DNA of 64,000 nt, taken from Octopus vulgaris. Its lineage: Eukaryota. A model generated the notes under the pieces. The model saw nothing but the letters and a program-made list of their open reading frames with translations. It was not told the origin of the DNA and ran no database searches. Position numbers and translations under genes: made by a program. Below are positions 53,101 through 64,000 of the stretch, one piece after another; the stretch's first letter is position 1; each line of letters begins with the position of its first letter. The DNA lies in NCBI GenBank assembly GCA_951406725.2, contig OX597817.1, positions 111,166,001 through 111,230,000 on the forward strand, given 5' to 3'.

Positions 53101-53809
53101 AGCCACTCATTTCATTCCTTTGTCATTGTGTGATCAGAGATGGTGTTTGTTATGATCCATTGTTGCATGAAAATACTCCTTTTACTTCATATCTGTCTAC
53201 CATACTTGTGATTACAACCAATTCTTCAGACATCTGATTCTCTCTTCTCTCCATTCTCTCTACCTCTTTCTCGGCTTGCTTGTCTACCCCACTCCCTCAT
53301 GCACACACATGTATGTATGTAGGTGTGTGTATGTATGTATGCATGCTTGCACGTATGTATGCAATAATATATCAATGCATTGGATTAGGTCTTTAGTCCA
53401 GGTATATATTGAATATCTGCCAATTTGCTCTCACCAATGAACCAATTGAAAATGTACCCTTGTGTATTAATTTTAAAGCCTATAGAAACTGGTTAGTTAT
53501 TCACTTTGGTTGTACATAACATATATCAGAGTACAGTACATTCACATTTTATTATAAGCACGTAAAAGATTCTAAAGAATATTTAAATTCTATACATATT
53601 TCTTACACTGTCATAGAGTACTTGGTTATTTTTATCAGATATTTTTTTTACCTCTGTGTATGTGTATATATATATATATTCCTATCTGTCTGTCTATGTC
53701 TATCTTTATATCTTGTTAATTGTGTGTTTATGTATGTATATATCTATCGAGCAATCTAACTACGTGTCTGGAGCTTTACTATGCTGCCTGACTGACCACA
53801 TCATTCCAC

Positions 53810-54008
53810 CACATTACTGAGCAAATGAAGAAGTTTCTGTGACTGTTTGCGCAGCCAAACACCATGAAATCACATTCTACCTCCCTAGAAAAAAAGGAGG
53901 AATAGTTGCATAATGTAGCCCTAAATATATATAAAGTGGGCTAGTCATGGCCGAATGCTTTTGATCATAGGTCTGTTTGATCACATAGCTCTAAACAAAA
54001 CAACAATA
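53810..54008 (+). repeat. Representative of an old, abundant, unclassified interspersed repeat with (CAA)n tail
   Basis: Motifs ctagaaatagcagccaaatctccctc and gcttttgatcataggtctg...ctaaacaacaac recur in either orientation near 7.1, 8.5, 12.1, 17.2, 21.7, 39.0, 40.6, 42.5, 45.0, 45.8, 50.5, 52.8, 57.5 and 62.7 kb. Confidence 0.7.
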
Positions 54009-56329
54009 ACCACATTAAGTAGTGTTGTGCAACAGCTGTCAGTATGTCCACCTTTTCAGTGAATTTCTCAACATGTCTTTTGTAGTTGAGTCATGTCCTT
54101 TTCTTTGCTGTTGCAGAATGTACAATTTGATAAACTTTAAAATTTTATTTTATTTTCTGTCTATATTTGTGTATGCATATGTCTATCATATTTGTGATAG
54201 TTATTCAATATTCAAAGAAAATACACTTAAAGTTGCTTTCTAAATCTGAGACTTATAAGTAGAGTAAAAAAACAACATTGATCAGACTATAAAACTCATT
54301 TTTTTTTTCCTATCAACATTGTTTCTATTTGTGTATTCTCTGATCATGTTCTGCTACCATGTTTATGTACATTACCTTGCTTTAGGGTTAAACAAAGCTC
54401 TCTTGCTGCTCTATCACAGATGCAAACATATGTTAAAACATGTGTCTTTTGAAGGATCAAATGTAACACAAAAGATAAAATTGATTTAACTGTTAAATAA
54501 AAAGAACATTCTTCTTTAGTATTTCTAAATAATAGTAGGGTTTCTTATAATGTTTTAACACCTCAACATTTCTTTGTTCACAGGTTTGCAGATATTCTTT
54601 AATCTGTTTATCTCACAAAGTAATCCCTTTCTTAAATGACTGAATACATTTTTCAAATTTATAAATCTATTACAATTCCCTACCTGCTGTGTCAGTATTT
54701 TCCTTCTTTGTATTGTTTTATAGGTTATAATATTCCTAAGAATCAGACATTTTACATGTGTTCTTGAGAAAAATCCAGGTGGAAGGTTTTTGTACACCCC
54801 ACCAGTTGACTGATCACTTAACAGATGTCTATCTATTTTCTACTGAGCTGGGCTAATATAGATTAGGTCATAGTTCTTTTAAAACATGTTGTGTGGATCT
54901 TGAGTTTTGAAAAAATTCATCGCTTATAAGTTAACAATATGACACCTTAGCAATTCAACTATTACTTCTTTCTTAGCTATGAAATATATTATGTAAAAAA
55001 TTTTATATTCCATACTGGAATACTTAAAAATATATTATGTTTCATCCCTATTTTGTAATGATATACAGTAGTACTTTGGTTTTTGAACAACTCTGATCAC
55101 AAATAAATTGTGCTTTATCACCTGTCTTTCTCATATTCATTTATGTGAATGCATGTTTGATATGCGTTTGATACTGAAAGAGAAGTGTTAACCAGGGCAT
55201 ATGAAATTATTGCCTTTGACTGTCTAAAATATTTATTATTCAGCACACCTGAATATCCTCTGCAACCCTCTTTTTTCAGTCAGTATCTCGTATTTTTATT
55301 TGTCAAGTTACACTTATTATTTCTAACTTAGCCAGTTTTTCTTGTCATCCTTTTCAACATGAAAAAAAAAAGTACAATATTCTCCAAATGTTTCTAATAA
55401 TGATAAAAATTTATGTCTGCTTAATCTAAATAATACATTTCAAATTCAGAAAAAGTCTACTGATTCTTTTCTGTTGATGCATTCAGTACTATGCTGCAAT
55501 GTGTGTGTACTTGTGTTTATTGGTTTCCCTCACTCATACGTTAAGATGATCAAAGTAAGAAATAATAGCTTTATAATATTGGTTCCAGTTATCTGGAATT
55601 AAGTTAAACTCCCTACAGCATTACATTTGTCTTGAAATGTGTAAATTATTTTGCTTCAGTTATCATAGAGTTGGCTATGGAGTATTACTTTGGAAAAACC
55701 CAGAAAGAATTTTTTATGCAGCTAGATAGTGATGGTGGTGGTGGCAGCAGTTGTTGTTGCTGTTATTATGGTGGTGCTCTTAAAAAAACACTAATAGAGT
55801 TTAAATAAAAATATGCTTACAAATGATACTGTATAATTAAATATGCTTAAAACAAACAAAGTGTAGTAGTTAGAGATGAATCTTTAAAATCTCCAGACAA
55901 ACTGATAGCTCAATTATGGCAATTTAAAAAACAGGCAACCAGGTGTATCTATACCACAGAAATGAAAAACAAAAGAATGAAACTAAAGAATGTAAGTTGG
56001 GTGAAGATGAAGATGAGACAGTCACTTGAATAGTGAATAATAACAATAAAAAGGGTCCTAAGTGATTATTTGTAAAAGCTTACATGATAGGAGGAAGGGA
56101 AAACATCTGTTGGATAGTTTAAGAGGTGAATGTTATAAGGTGAATGCAAAATAGTAAACTACATGCGATATTTTGACTTCATTTTGAAAAGTTGTATCTG
56201 AGTGTATGTAGAATTCATCTCTCTCACCTAGATATCAGCAACAAAGACCTTCAGGTATTCTTGTTCAAAGTCTTTCTTCCTAATTCCTTTAAATTCACCA
56301 ACTACTTCTCCCCCTCTCTGAATGCCTCC

Positions 56330-56620
56330 AACCACTAACATTTGCTTCAGTATCTCTCTATCCTATAATGCCTTATCTCTTAAGTCATCATCTTCTATGA
56401 CTCAAATGCCCACAGTTGTTTTTCTCTTTCACATTCTTACCACACTGACACCATTGATGCAGAGGCTGAATTATTTGCCATTCTGAACTACCTGGAACAA
56501 TTAGTATTATTACCTTTCCTTATTATTGAATAACACTCCTGAAACAGCCTTGATCTCTATTTCATTTCCAAACCTTGCCATTACTTATTGAATCATCTGA
56601 CACTGTCTAATCAAAGCAAT
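56330..56620 (+). mobile_element. Very decayed LINE APE-endonuclease remnant
   Basis: Fragments resembling GDFNAH (tatgactcaaatgcccac), LDL (cttgatctc) and SSDH (tcatctgacac) occur in the expected order. Confidence 0.3.
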
Positions 56621-57914
56621 ATCTTTTACTCTGCACAAATATCCTGGTAGTCAACTAATCAGTTTTATTACAGAAACACCTTACAGCAAATAAGCTTCAT
56701 TCATTACCCATGTAAGGCAGCTGGATGAGTGGCCAAAACCATTCTCCTAAGCATGTGTCTTTTTATTCCATAACTCTAAAATTTTCATATGGTTCACTTA
56801 TGTCTATGCTACAGCAGTAATAAAAAAAAAAAACATTGCTTAACAAAACTGCGACTCATGTCACTTATTAAAGTCATTTGTTCAACATGAGGTGAAACAT
56901 ATTTTATCACAGTAGATATTAACTTCATCTTCTTTCATTCTGATCCTTCATCTTCTCTTTGAGATTCAGTTTTCTTCAATCGTTATCTAGTAGATTTTGT
57001 CTTGACATTTTCTTATAACTGTGCTTATCTTCTCCACTTACATTTCGCTTAAAAAATTTCTTTTTTATTCTGATTTACCTTATGCATTAACACTTGCTCA
57101 AGAACCTTATCTGGGCTTTAACTTTACGGCTGTTTTTCATTTGTAATTGTTTAGGTAAGAATCTAAAAATATACCCTTAGGATGAAATCTAGGTCTATTA
57201 GATATTTTAGCTTGTTTCTGGTAAAATCATGACCACTCATTTATGACTAGGTTACTGGTATCAACACTTACTTTCAGCAATTGTTCCATTTAGCATTAAA
57301 AATTTAGTGTTGCTAATAAGGAGATACTCCATGGTAATATGACTTTCTGAACAAACATTCTCATTAGTAGAGTTCACAGGTGCAATTTGGTAATAATGAG
57401 TTCAAAAATGAGAGTTAAAGGACAAATATACATTCAGGTTTATCGTTGTTGTTTGGCATGACCATATGCCTTTCTTGCCTTATCAATTAGCTTCTTCATT
57501 CTATAAGATGGTGAGGTGGGATTTTTAGAGAGATTTGGCTGATATTTCTAGCATACTGCATAGAGATTTCATTATTAGTTTGAACTTGCATCTGTTTTGT
57601 GTGGCTATATTTTATAGATTGATAAACAAGTATTTACACAGTGCACACGCACAATATTTACCTAGGTACATGAATAAGTTTATAGTATGTTGTATAATGT
57701 GTGAGACAACTAGTGTATGTGAGTAGAAATATATATGTATGTATAAAGGATCTACAGATGTTGGGACTCACAGAGGGTTGTCAGGGGACAAAGACTCCTA
57801 GCAATTTGCTGAGCTTAAAAAGACATGTCAAACTAAGTACAAGTGTGGTTGCCCTTGCATTCAGGCTCTTCCCCTGCAGCCCTCTCCTGCTGAACATCCC
57901 TAATATTGTGGGCT

Positions 57915-58093
57915 CTTAAGTGCTGGTGCCACAAAAAACAAAAACAAAAACAAAACTCTGTAAAGTGGTTTGTGTTAGGAAGGGCATCCAGCTGTAGAAA
58001 CCATGCCAAAACAGCCCTTCAACTGACCAGCTCCTCTCAAACCTTCCAAACCATACCAGCATGGAAAACAGACATTAAATGATGATTATGATG
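57915..58093 (+). mobile_element. RTE-type 3' UTR fragment
   Basis: ttaggaagggcatccagctgtagaaaccatgcc...cattaaatgatgat. Confidence 0.8.
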
Positions 58094-58114
58094 CTATAGA
58101 TATAGATATACACA

Positions 58115-58156
<42 letters not shown>

Positions 58157-58167
58157 CATACACACAC

Positions 58168-58590
58168 CATCATCATCATTTAATGCCCATTTTCCATGCT
58201 GGCATGGGTTGGACGGTTTGACAGGAGCCGAAGAGCTGTCCAGATTCCATTTGTCTGTTTTGGCATTGTTTCTACAACTGGATAATCTTCTTAATGCCAA
58301 CTACTTTACAGAGTATGCTGGATGCTTTTTATGTGCTACCAGCACAGATGCACTTACATGGCACCAAACTGAGTGAATTCTATGTGGTACTGGCATGAGT
58401 ACCTTTTACATAGCACCAGCACCTGCTAGGCAAAGACCTCTCAGCTGGGAGAGGAAGTGGAGGCATTGCCGCAAAGGACATGCCTGTATGTATGGATGGC
58501 CACAATTTTACATTGCTTATCATGTCTTCTCTAGTACAGCAAATCACCACAAGCCCCAGTTCTTTGTCATCTATTCAGTGAGGCCCATAT
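58168..58590 (-). mobile_element. RTE-type 3' fragment, tail-to-tail with the preceding copy
   Basis: catcatcatcatttaatgcccatttccatgctggcatgggttggacgg is the reverse of the family's 3' end. Confidence 0.8.
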
Positions 58591-58821
58591 GTTAAATGTG
58601 TGTGTGTTTATCTGTCCACAAAGTCTCTCTGATAGGTGAGTGAGACAATGGGGATAAATTATCCTTATATAAATCCTGCTCCAAATGTTAGCAACAGAAT
58701 GGGCTCAGTTAAGGCCAGGGAAGGACCAAGTAGTAATGTTAAACTGAGTGAAGGAGGTTTTGTGTGTGTGCATATATCTGAATGTATGTATTCATGTATG
58801 TGCGCACACATGCACAAACAA

Positions 58822-58865
<44 letters not shown>

Positions 58866-58904
58866 TTATTTATTTAAGAGTGTGTATAAAAGCATGCACA
58901 TACA

Positions 58905-59112
58905 CAGATGGATGGACGGACGGACGGACGGACGGACGGACGGACAGATGGATGATAGATAGATAGATAGATAGATAGACGGACGGATGATAGATAGATA
59001 GAAGGACTGATGATAGATAGATAGATAGATAGATAGATGATAGGTAGATAGATAGATAGATAGATGATAGGTAGGTAGATGGATAGATAGATGATAGATA
59101 GATAGATAGATA
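58905..59112. repeat. (GGAC)n/(GATA)n compound microsatellite
   Basis: Directly visible. Confidence 0.97.
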
Positions 59113-59876
59113 TACAAAGAGGAAATCAATCAATTTGAGAAGACTTATATTTCTGTTTTGTTTACATATCTGCATGCAACAAAGTTTAAATTTAGCACAC
59201 CTATATATCTTTTGATACATGTCATGCTCTTTCACTCCATTCATCTCTCTCTATTATTTTGTATTTTCCCTGTCTATCTCTCTGTCATTTGCTGATTTCG
59301 AAAGTAGATGCAGGAGAGATATTTTGGTGATCACAGTTTTTTGTTTTTTATGTTTGTTTTGTTTTGTTTTTTATTTGGGTGGGAGAAAAGATTAAATTCT
59401 GAAATGCCAGAATAGATTTAGTTTCCTTATACAAAGAACCTGCTTGTTACTTGCTTTCTTGCTTGCTTGCTTTTCTTTCCCCTCCACTCATACTCACTGT
59501 CTGTGGCTTCTCATGGGTCCACCGGTATCTTTCTGTGTTGCTTCACTTAACTAAAGTCTGTTACTCACGAAAGGAAAATACCACATAGGAACTGCTTTCA
59601 GTTAGATACCCTCCTCTTTTGCTTTCTCCTTACTAAGTAATTTAGTGACTGACTCTTTGTGTTGTGTGTCTGTGTGTATTTGTATATAGATCATATTCTC
59701 AGAAACAGAGAGGAGTATACAGAAAGAAGGGTAGGGAAAATGGCATCACTGACTTGGGATATACTGCTGTTTATGATGGGGGTATATTGTATCAGAGTGA
59801 ACTATATATAACACATAACACACACTCTCGCACACACACACGTGTATGTGTTATTGTGTACACTGTCGTTTTACAG

Positions 59877-60172
59877 TCTGTGGTCGAATGCAACACCATT
59901 GTGCAGCAGCATTCGGATGGATTTGACTGTTTAGTAGACAGGCAGTGCAAGAAGTGCTGTGCTGCTGCAGATGTAGTTTCCCCTGGTTTGTTTGGGAGAA
60001 ACAAGATTATTACTCTCGTGATGACATATTCAGTGGCTCTGCTGACAGCAGCAGCACCACAGCAACACCAGCACCAACGGGTATGACCACTGATTTATAT
60101 GGGAGCACAGCTGTCCATTACATAACAAAAATACAAATGATCAGCTGGAGTATAATGCTTCGGACTATTGAG
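59877..60172 (+). CDS. Candidate exon of an unidentified + strand gene (coding from at least ATG 60083: [30 protein letters not shown])
   Basis: Unique GC-richer block between acceptor ttttacag| and donor GAG|gtaaat (phase 0); the frame is open from 59927 to the donor and includes [13 protein letters not shown]. No homology recognised. Confidence 0.45.
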
Positions 60173-60253
60173 GTAAATTACGATTTTTCTTTGAAAATTC
60201 TATTTGTTTTTATTCCCCTACCCCTAACATATTTTTTCTTTATTCTTCCCATT

Positions 60254-60300
60254 CTCTCTCTCTCTCTCTCTCTCTCTCCCCTTCCTGTTTGACTATCAGC

Positions 60301-60381
<81 letters not shown>

Positions 60382-60382
60382 A

Positions 60383-60414
<32 letters not shown>

Positions 60415-60415
60415 G
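60254..60415. repeat. (CT)n, (CTAT)n and (CTGT)n microsatellites
   Basis: Directly visible. Confidence 0.97.
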
Positions 60416-60962
60416 ATTCATTTGAAAAACAAAAGCTAAAATTGAATCCATACACTTAAGTTCATTTATGTTGCTTCCTTTGTTATTTTCCATGAGAAGC
60501 AACATGTTTTGTGGGGAGGAGAACATCCTTTTTTTATGGTAACCCGTGATGATGGTGGTGACGCTGCCAATGACAATTAGGGTAGGGTTAAGGGTGGTGG
60601 CTAGCTTTTCAAAGTTACTTAATACACAATTTACAAATCTGCACAGCACTTTCCGATGAGTAACACGTGATGTCAGTAGTTACTGCTACTGTATACATGC
60701 ATGTATGTATGGATGTGTCTGTATTTTTATTATTCTTCCTTTTAATTGTTGTCATATATTTGTTCAAAATTAGCTTCATAGTATAGATTAAAGTTTCAAG
60801 GCTGTAAATTGATAAAAAATCTCATGAACATTTGTGACATTTGTTATTTTTTTTTTTCTAACTTTTTATATCTAAATACATAAAATTAATATATCTATTA
60901 TTATTATAATTATTATTATTATTATTATTATTATCATCATCATTATAACTACTACTATTATT

Positions 60963-61825
60963 AGGGTGGCGAGCTGATAGGATCATTAGCATGTCAGCAT
61001 GTTTAGTGACATTTCATTTGTCTTTATGTTCTTTGTTCAAATTCCATTGAGTTTTCCTTTCATCTTTTGCCTTTCATCTTTTCAATATTGATAAAATGAG
61101 TACCAGTTGAACACTGGGATCGATGTAATTGACTTATCTCCCCTGCAAAATTGCTGTCCTTGTGCCAAAACTTGAAATTATTATTATTATTATTATGGCT
61201 CTATACATTCTGGGTTCAAATTTGACTGAGGTTGACTTTGCCTTTTATCCCTTTGGGGTCGATAAAATAAGTACCAGTTTAGTGGGGTCAGTGTAACTGA
61301 CTAGCCCCTTCCACCAAAATTTTATGTTGTGTACCTTTTGTAGAAAAGATTATTAATATTATTAAGGCAATGAACTGGCAGAATTGTTAGTACATCAGAT
61401 AAAATAATTAATAGCATTTTCTTCTGGCTTCTTATTTGTTGAGTTCAAATTCTACCATGGTAAACTTTGTGTTTCAACCTTTCATAGTTGATAAAATAAG
61501 TACTGGTTGAGCACTAGAGTCAATGTAATCGATTAATCTCCTTTCCTAAAATTCCTGGCCTTGTGTCTAAATCAGAAATCTTTACTATTATTATAATTTG
61601 GCAGATTTGTTAATTTTGGACAAAATATTTTGCGATATTTATTCTGGCTCTTTATTTCGTGAGTTCAAATTCCTCCAATGTCAGTTTTGTTTTTCACCCC
61701 TCCTGAGTCAGTGAAATATAGAACCAGTGATGTACTGGGGTTGATAGTATCAACTAAGCTCTTCCCTTCAAAACTGCTGGCCTTGTCCTTAAATCAGAAG
61801 CCATTATTATTGTTGTTGTTGTTAT
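60963..61825 (+). mobile_element. Four head-to-tail Nin-like SINE copies
   Basis: gttcaaat core at ~61035, ~61215, ~61443 and ~61663; each copy ends in an (ATT)-rich tail. Confidence 0.85.
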
Positions 61826-64000
61826 TGTTCTTGGTGTTATTAATTGTCAAGGCAAAAATTATAATTTTTTGCTATTGAATAGTTGAATAAACATAATTTA
61901 ATTTTGTGTGATTAAAAATGGGATATATTGTAGTTTGTTAAAAACCTTTTTTTTTTTTGGTTCTGGCCATTAATTGAAAAACAATTAATGAAACCAAACT
62001 TGAAATTTAATTTCTACTTTTGTAGAAATTAAATTTCTAAAAATTAAATTGGAATTTAGTTTCTTCTTTTGTTGTCTTGGTTTGAATTTATAAGAATTGA
62101 TATTTTCAATTGTAGTCTGTGAGTGTGTGAGAGAAAGAAAGGGAGGGAGAGAGGAAATATGTGTGTGTGTATGCCACATTTGTTTATACATGTGCTTTTA
62201 TTAAAATTATATAATACAGGTTCATTAGAACAGCTTGTGGTGTAGTTTTAAGTGTATATTTTAAGAAATTGTTAATTAAAAACAGATGGAGTAAAAGTTT
62301 AATTTTCAAACTGATACAGATGTTTGTGTAAGAGGTATTGCTTTGAGTGGTAGACTTAAATTGTTGCCCAATTTCACACCACTACCTGGTCCTTAGGTGT
62401 CTTTAGTGGTGTTCAGCTTGAAGTAAGCATTCAGGCTAGATCTCTACTCTAAAGATCTTTCTCTCTCTTGATCCTCCACATTCTTGGAAGCCCTTAAAAA
62501 AAGAAATGCTATGACACTTATTTAACAGTCAAAAGCAAAAAAACTTATTATTCAAACATTTAGGTAAGAAAATCTCAAATTACTGCTTGATCATTAATAT
62601 TCTGTTATGATAAAATGGCAAAAACTTTGTTTGCTTACATCTTATTAATAATATTGATTAACATTTGACACTAATTTTTCTATTATATCACATCTTCAAA
62701 TGTACTTGCTATTGCAAGCCAGCAAGGGAGCCTCTACCTAGTTGCCTGAACTATTAGATATAGCAGACAAAGTTCTCTCAAATTACATCTTGTCTTAAAA
62801 AGTACATTCACATTGTATAATGCAGTAATAGAAGCTTTAAGAGTGTAGGAGGAAAAAGATGTGATGATAACTGTGCTCATAAATCTGCTTGTTTAGGGGC
62901 TGTCAACAACACTTGTGATTGCTATTTGTTTACAATTTTGTTTCATTAATGAAAGCAAAATGTTACTACAATTATTTTTGTAATATGGACATTCATACCT
63001 GTATGGCTGATGTCACTTTAAGGAAATGAAACTTAATTGACAGGATTATTGTTGTTATATATAAACTTCATATACCCAAAAAAGCTTTATTTTTCTATGT
63101 TGTTGTCAAAATTTAAAAAGATTATTGAGTTGATGGAAGATCCCTCTAGTCCATCAGTCTCAATATTGAGATAACACATAGAGACTGATTGCAATTATCC
63201 TTCTGATTACAACCAATTTCTTTTCTTTAAAAAACAATTTACATTGTATGTAAATGTAATGCATTTAAGTTATATAAAATCTTTATATTCCACATCTGTT
63301 AGCTGTTTATCAGTTTGCCACTCCTGAAATATTTTCATCTAGCCATCTAACATCACTCAGAATCCTGTATAGTGAGGAAGTACATTCCTATAAAATGGGA
63401 CTCCCCACTGCAAGCATATCTACATCTATGATATACCAGAATAATTTTAGGGTCATAGCATAGGATTGTTTCTTGCATATTTTTGAAAAGAAAAATCAGG
63501 AAGTTTTATTATATTTTTATAAACTGTTTAAGAGATCTATGTATTGATCAAATTAATTCCATTATAGTAATTAATCCCCTCATAATACCACAATCATTAA
63601 ATCATTCATTAGGTCCTGGTTTTCATGAACATTTGAAATTGTTTAATTCAGAAGACTTTACCTAATTCAGAGAAGTAGAAACTCTTGTAAAATGGTTAAA
63701 TGACTGCAATAACTACTCTCATATTAAAACTTTCTGTGTCTATGCTCTGTTTTGCTTTATTTGGAATAAGCTCTACTTCCCAGAATTTTAAAAATTTCTT
63801 TGTCAGTATAATTTTAAAAAATCTTTTAACATGTGCACTCTTAGACATACACGCGAACACAAATAAGAGTTCATGAAGTTTCTGAAATACATTTGTTTAT
63901 TACTTATAAGCAAAGATTTTGCTATAGATATGTAACTCTTAAGTTACAAAAGAGCAACTTGACTACAATTATGATACCACACTTGTGTTTGTGCTTGTAT

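Noticed and set aside
60578-60600. ttagggtagggttaaggg telomere-like or G-quadruplex motif
   Set aside because: Too short and imperfect; only three G3 runs.
60963-61825. Regularly spaced repeats superficially like a CRISPR array
   Set aside because: Units are ~200-bp diverged SINEs with no unique spacers and no cas genes; the DNA is eukaryotic.

Overview
AT-rich, CpG-depleted eukaryotic DNA full of microsatellites. The SINE and LINE families look like those of octopus (coleoid cephalopod); this is inferred from recalled repeat consensus sequences, not from a search. No complete protein-coding gene is visible, and most ORFs in the supplied track are microsatellite or repeat artefacts. The window reads as intronic or 5' sequence of a large + strand gene, with a few unverified candidate exons (19683-19754, 35071-35076, 59877-60172). 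Identifiable content is mostly transposable: (1) a full-length decayed mariner (48279-50228) whose 5' UTR carries an internally deleted piggyBac; (2) two antisense Tx1/L1-like LINE 3' fragments; (3) CR1 and RTE LINE ends; (4) at least three tRNA-type SINE families, one in head-to-tail arrays; (5) piggyBac- and pogo-type MITEs; (6) Penelope-like inverted and direct repeat relics with degenerate hammerhead ribozyme cores. I found no convincing novel system. The best leads are the mariner/piggyBac chimera, the hammerhead relics and a possible set of phase-0 alternative first exons. Repeat boundaries were read by eye and are approximate.
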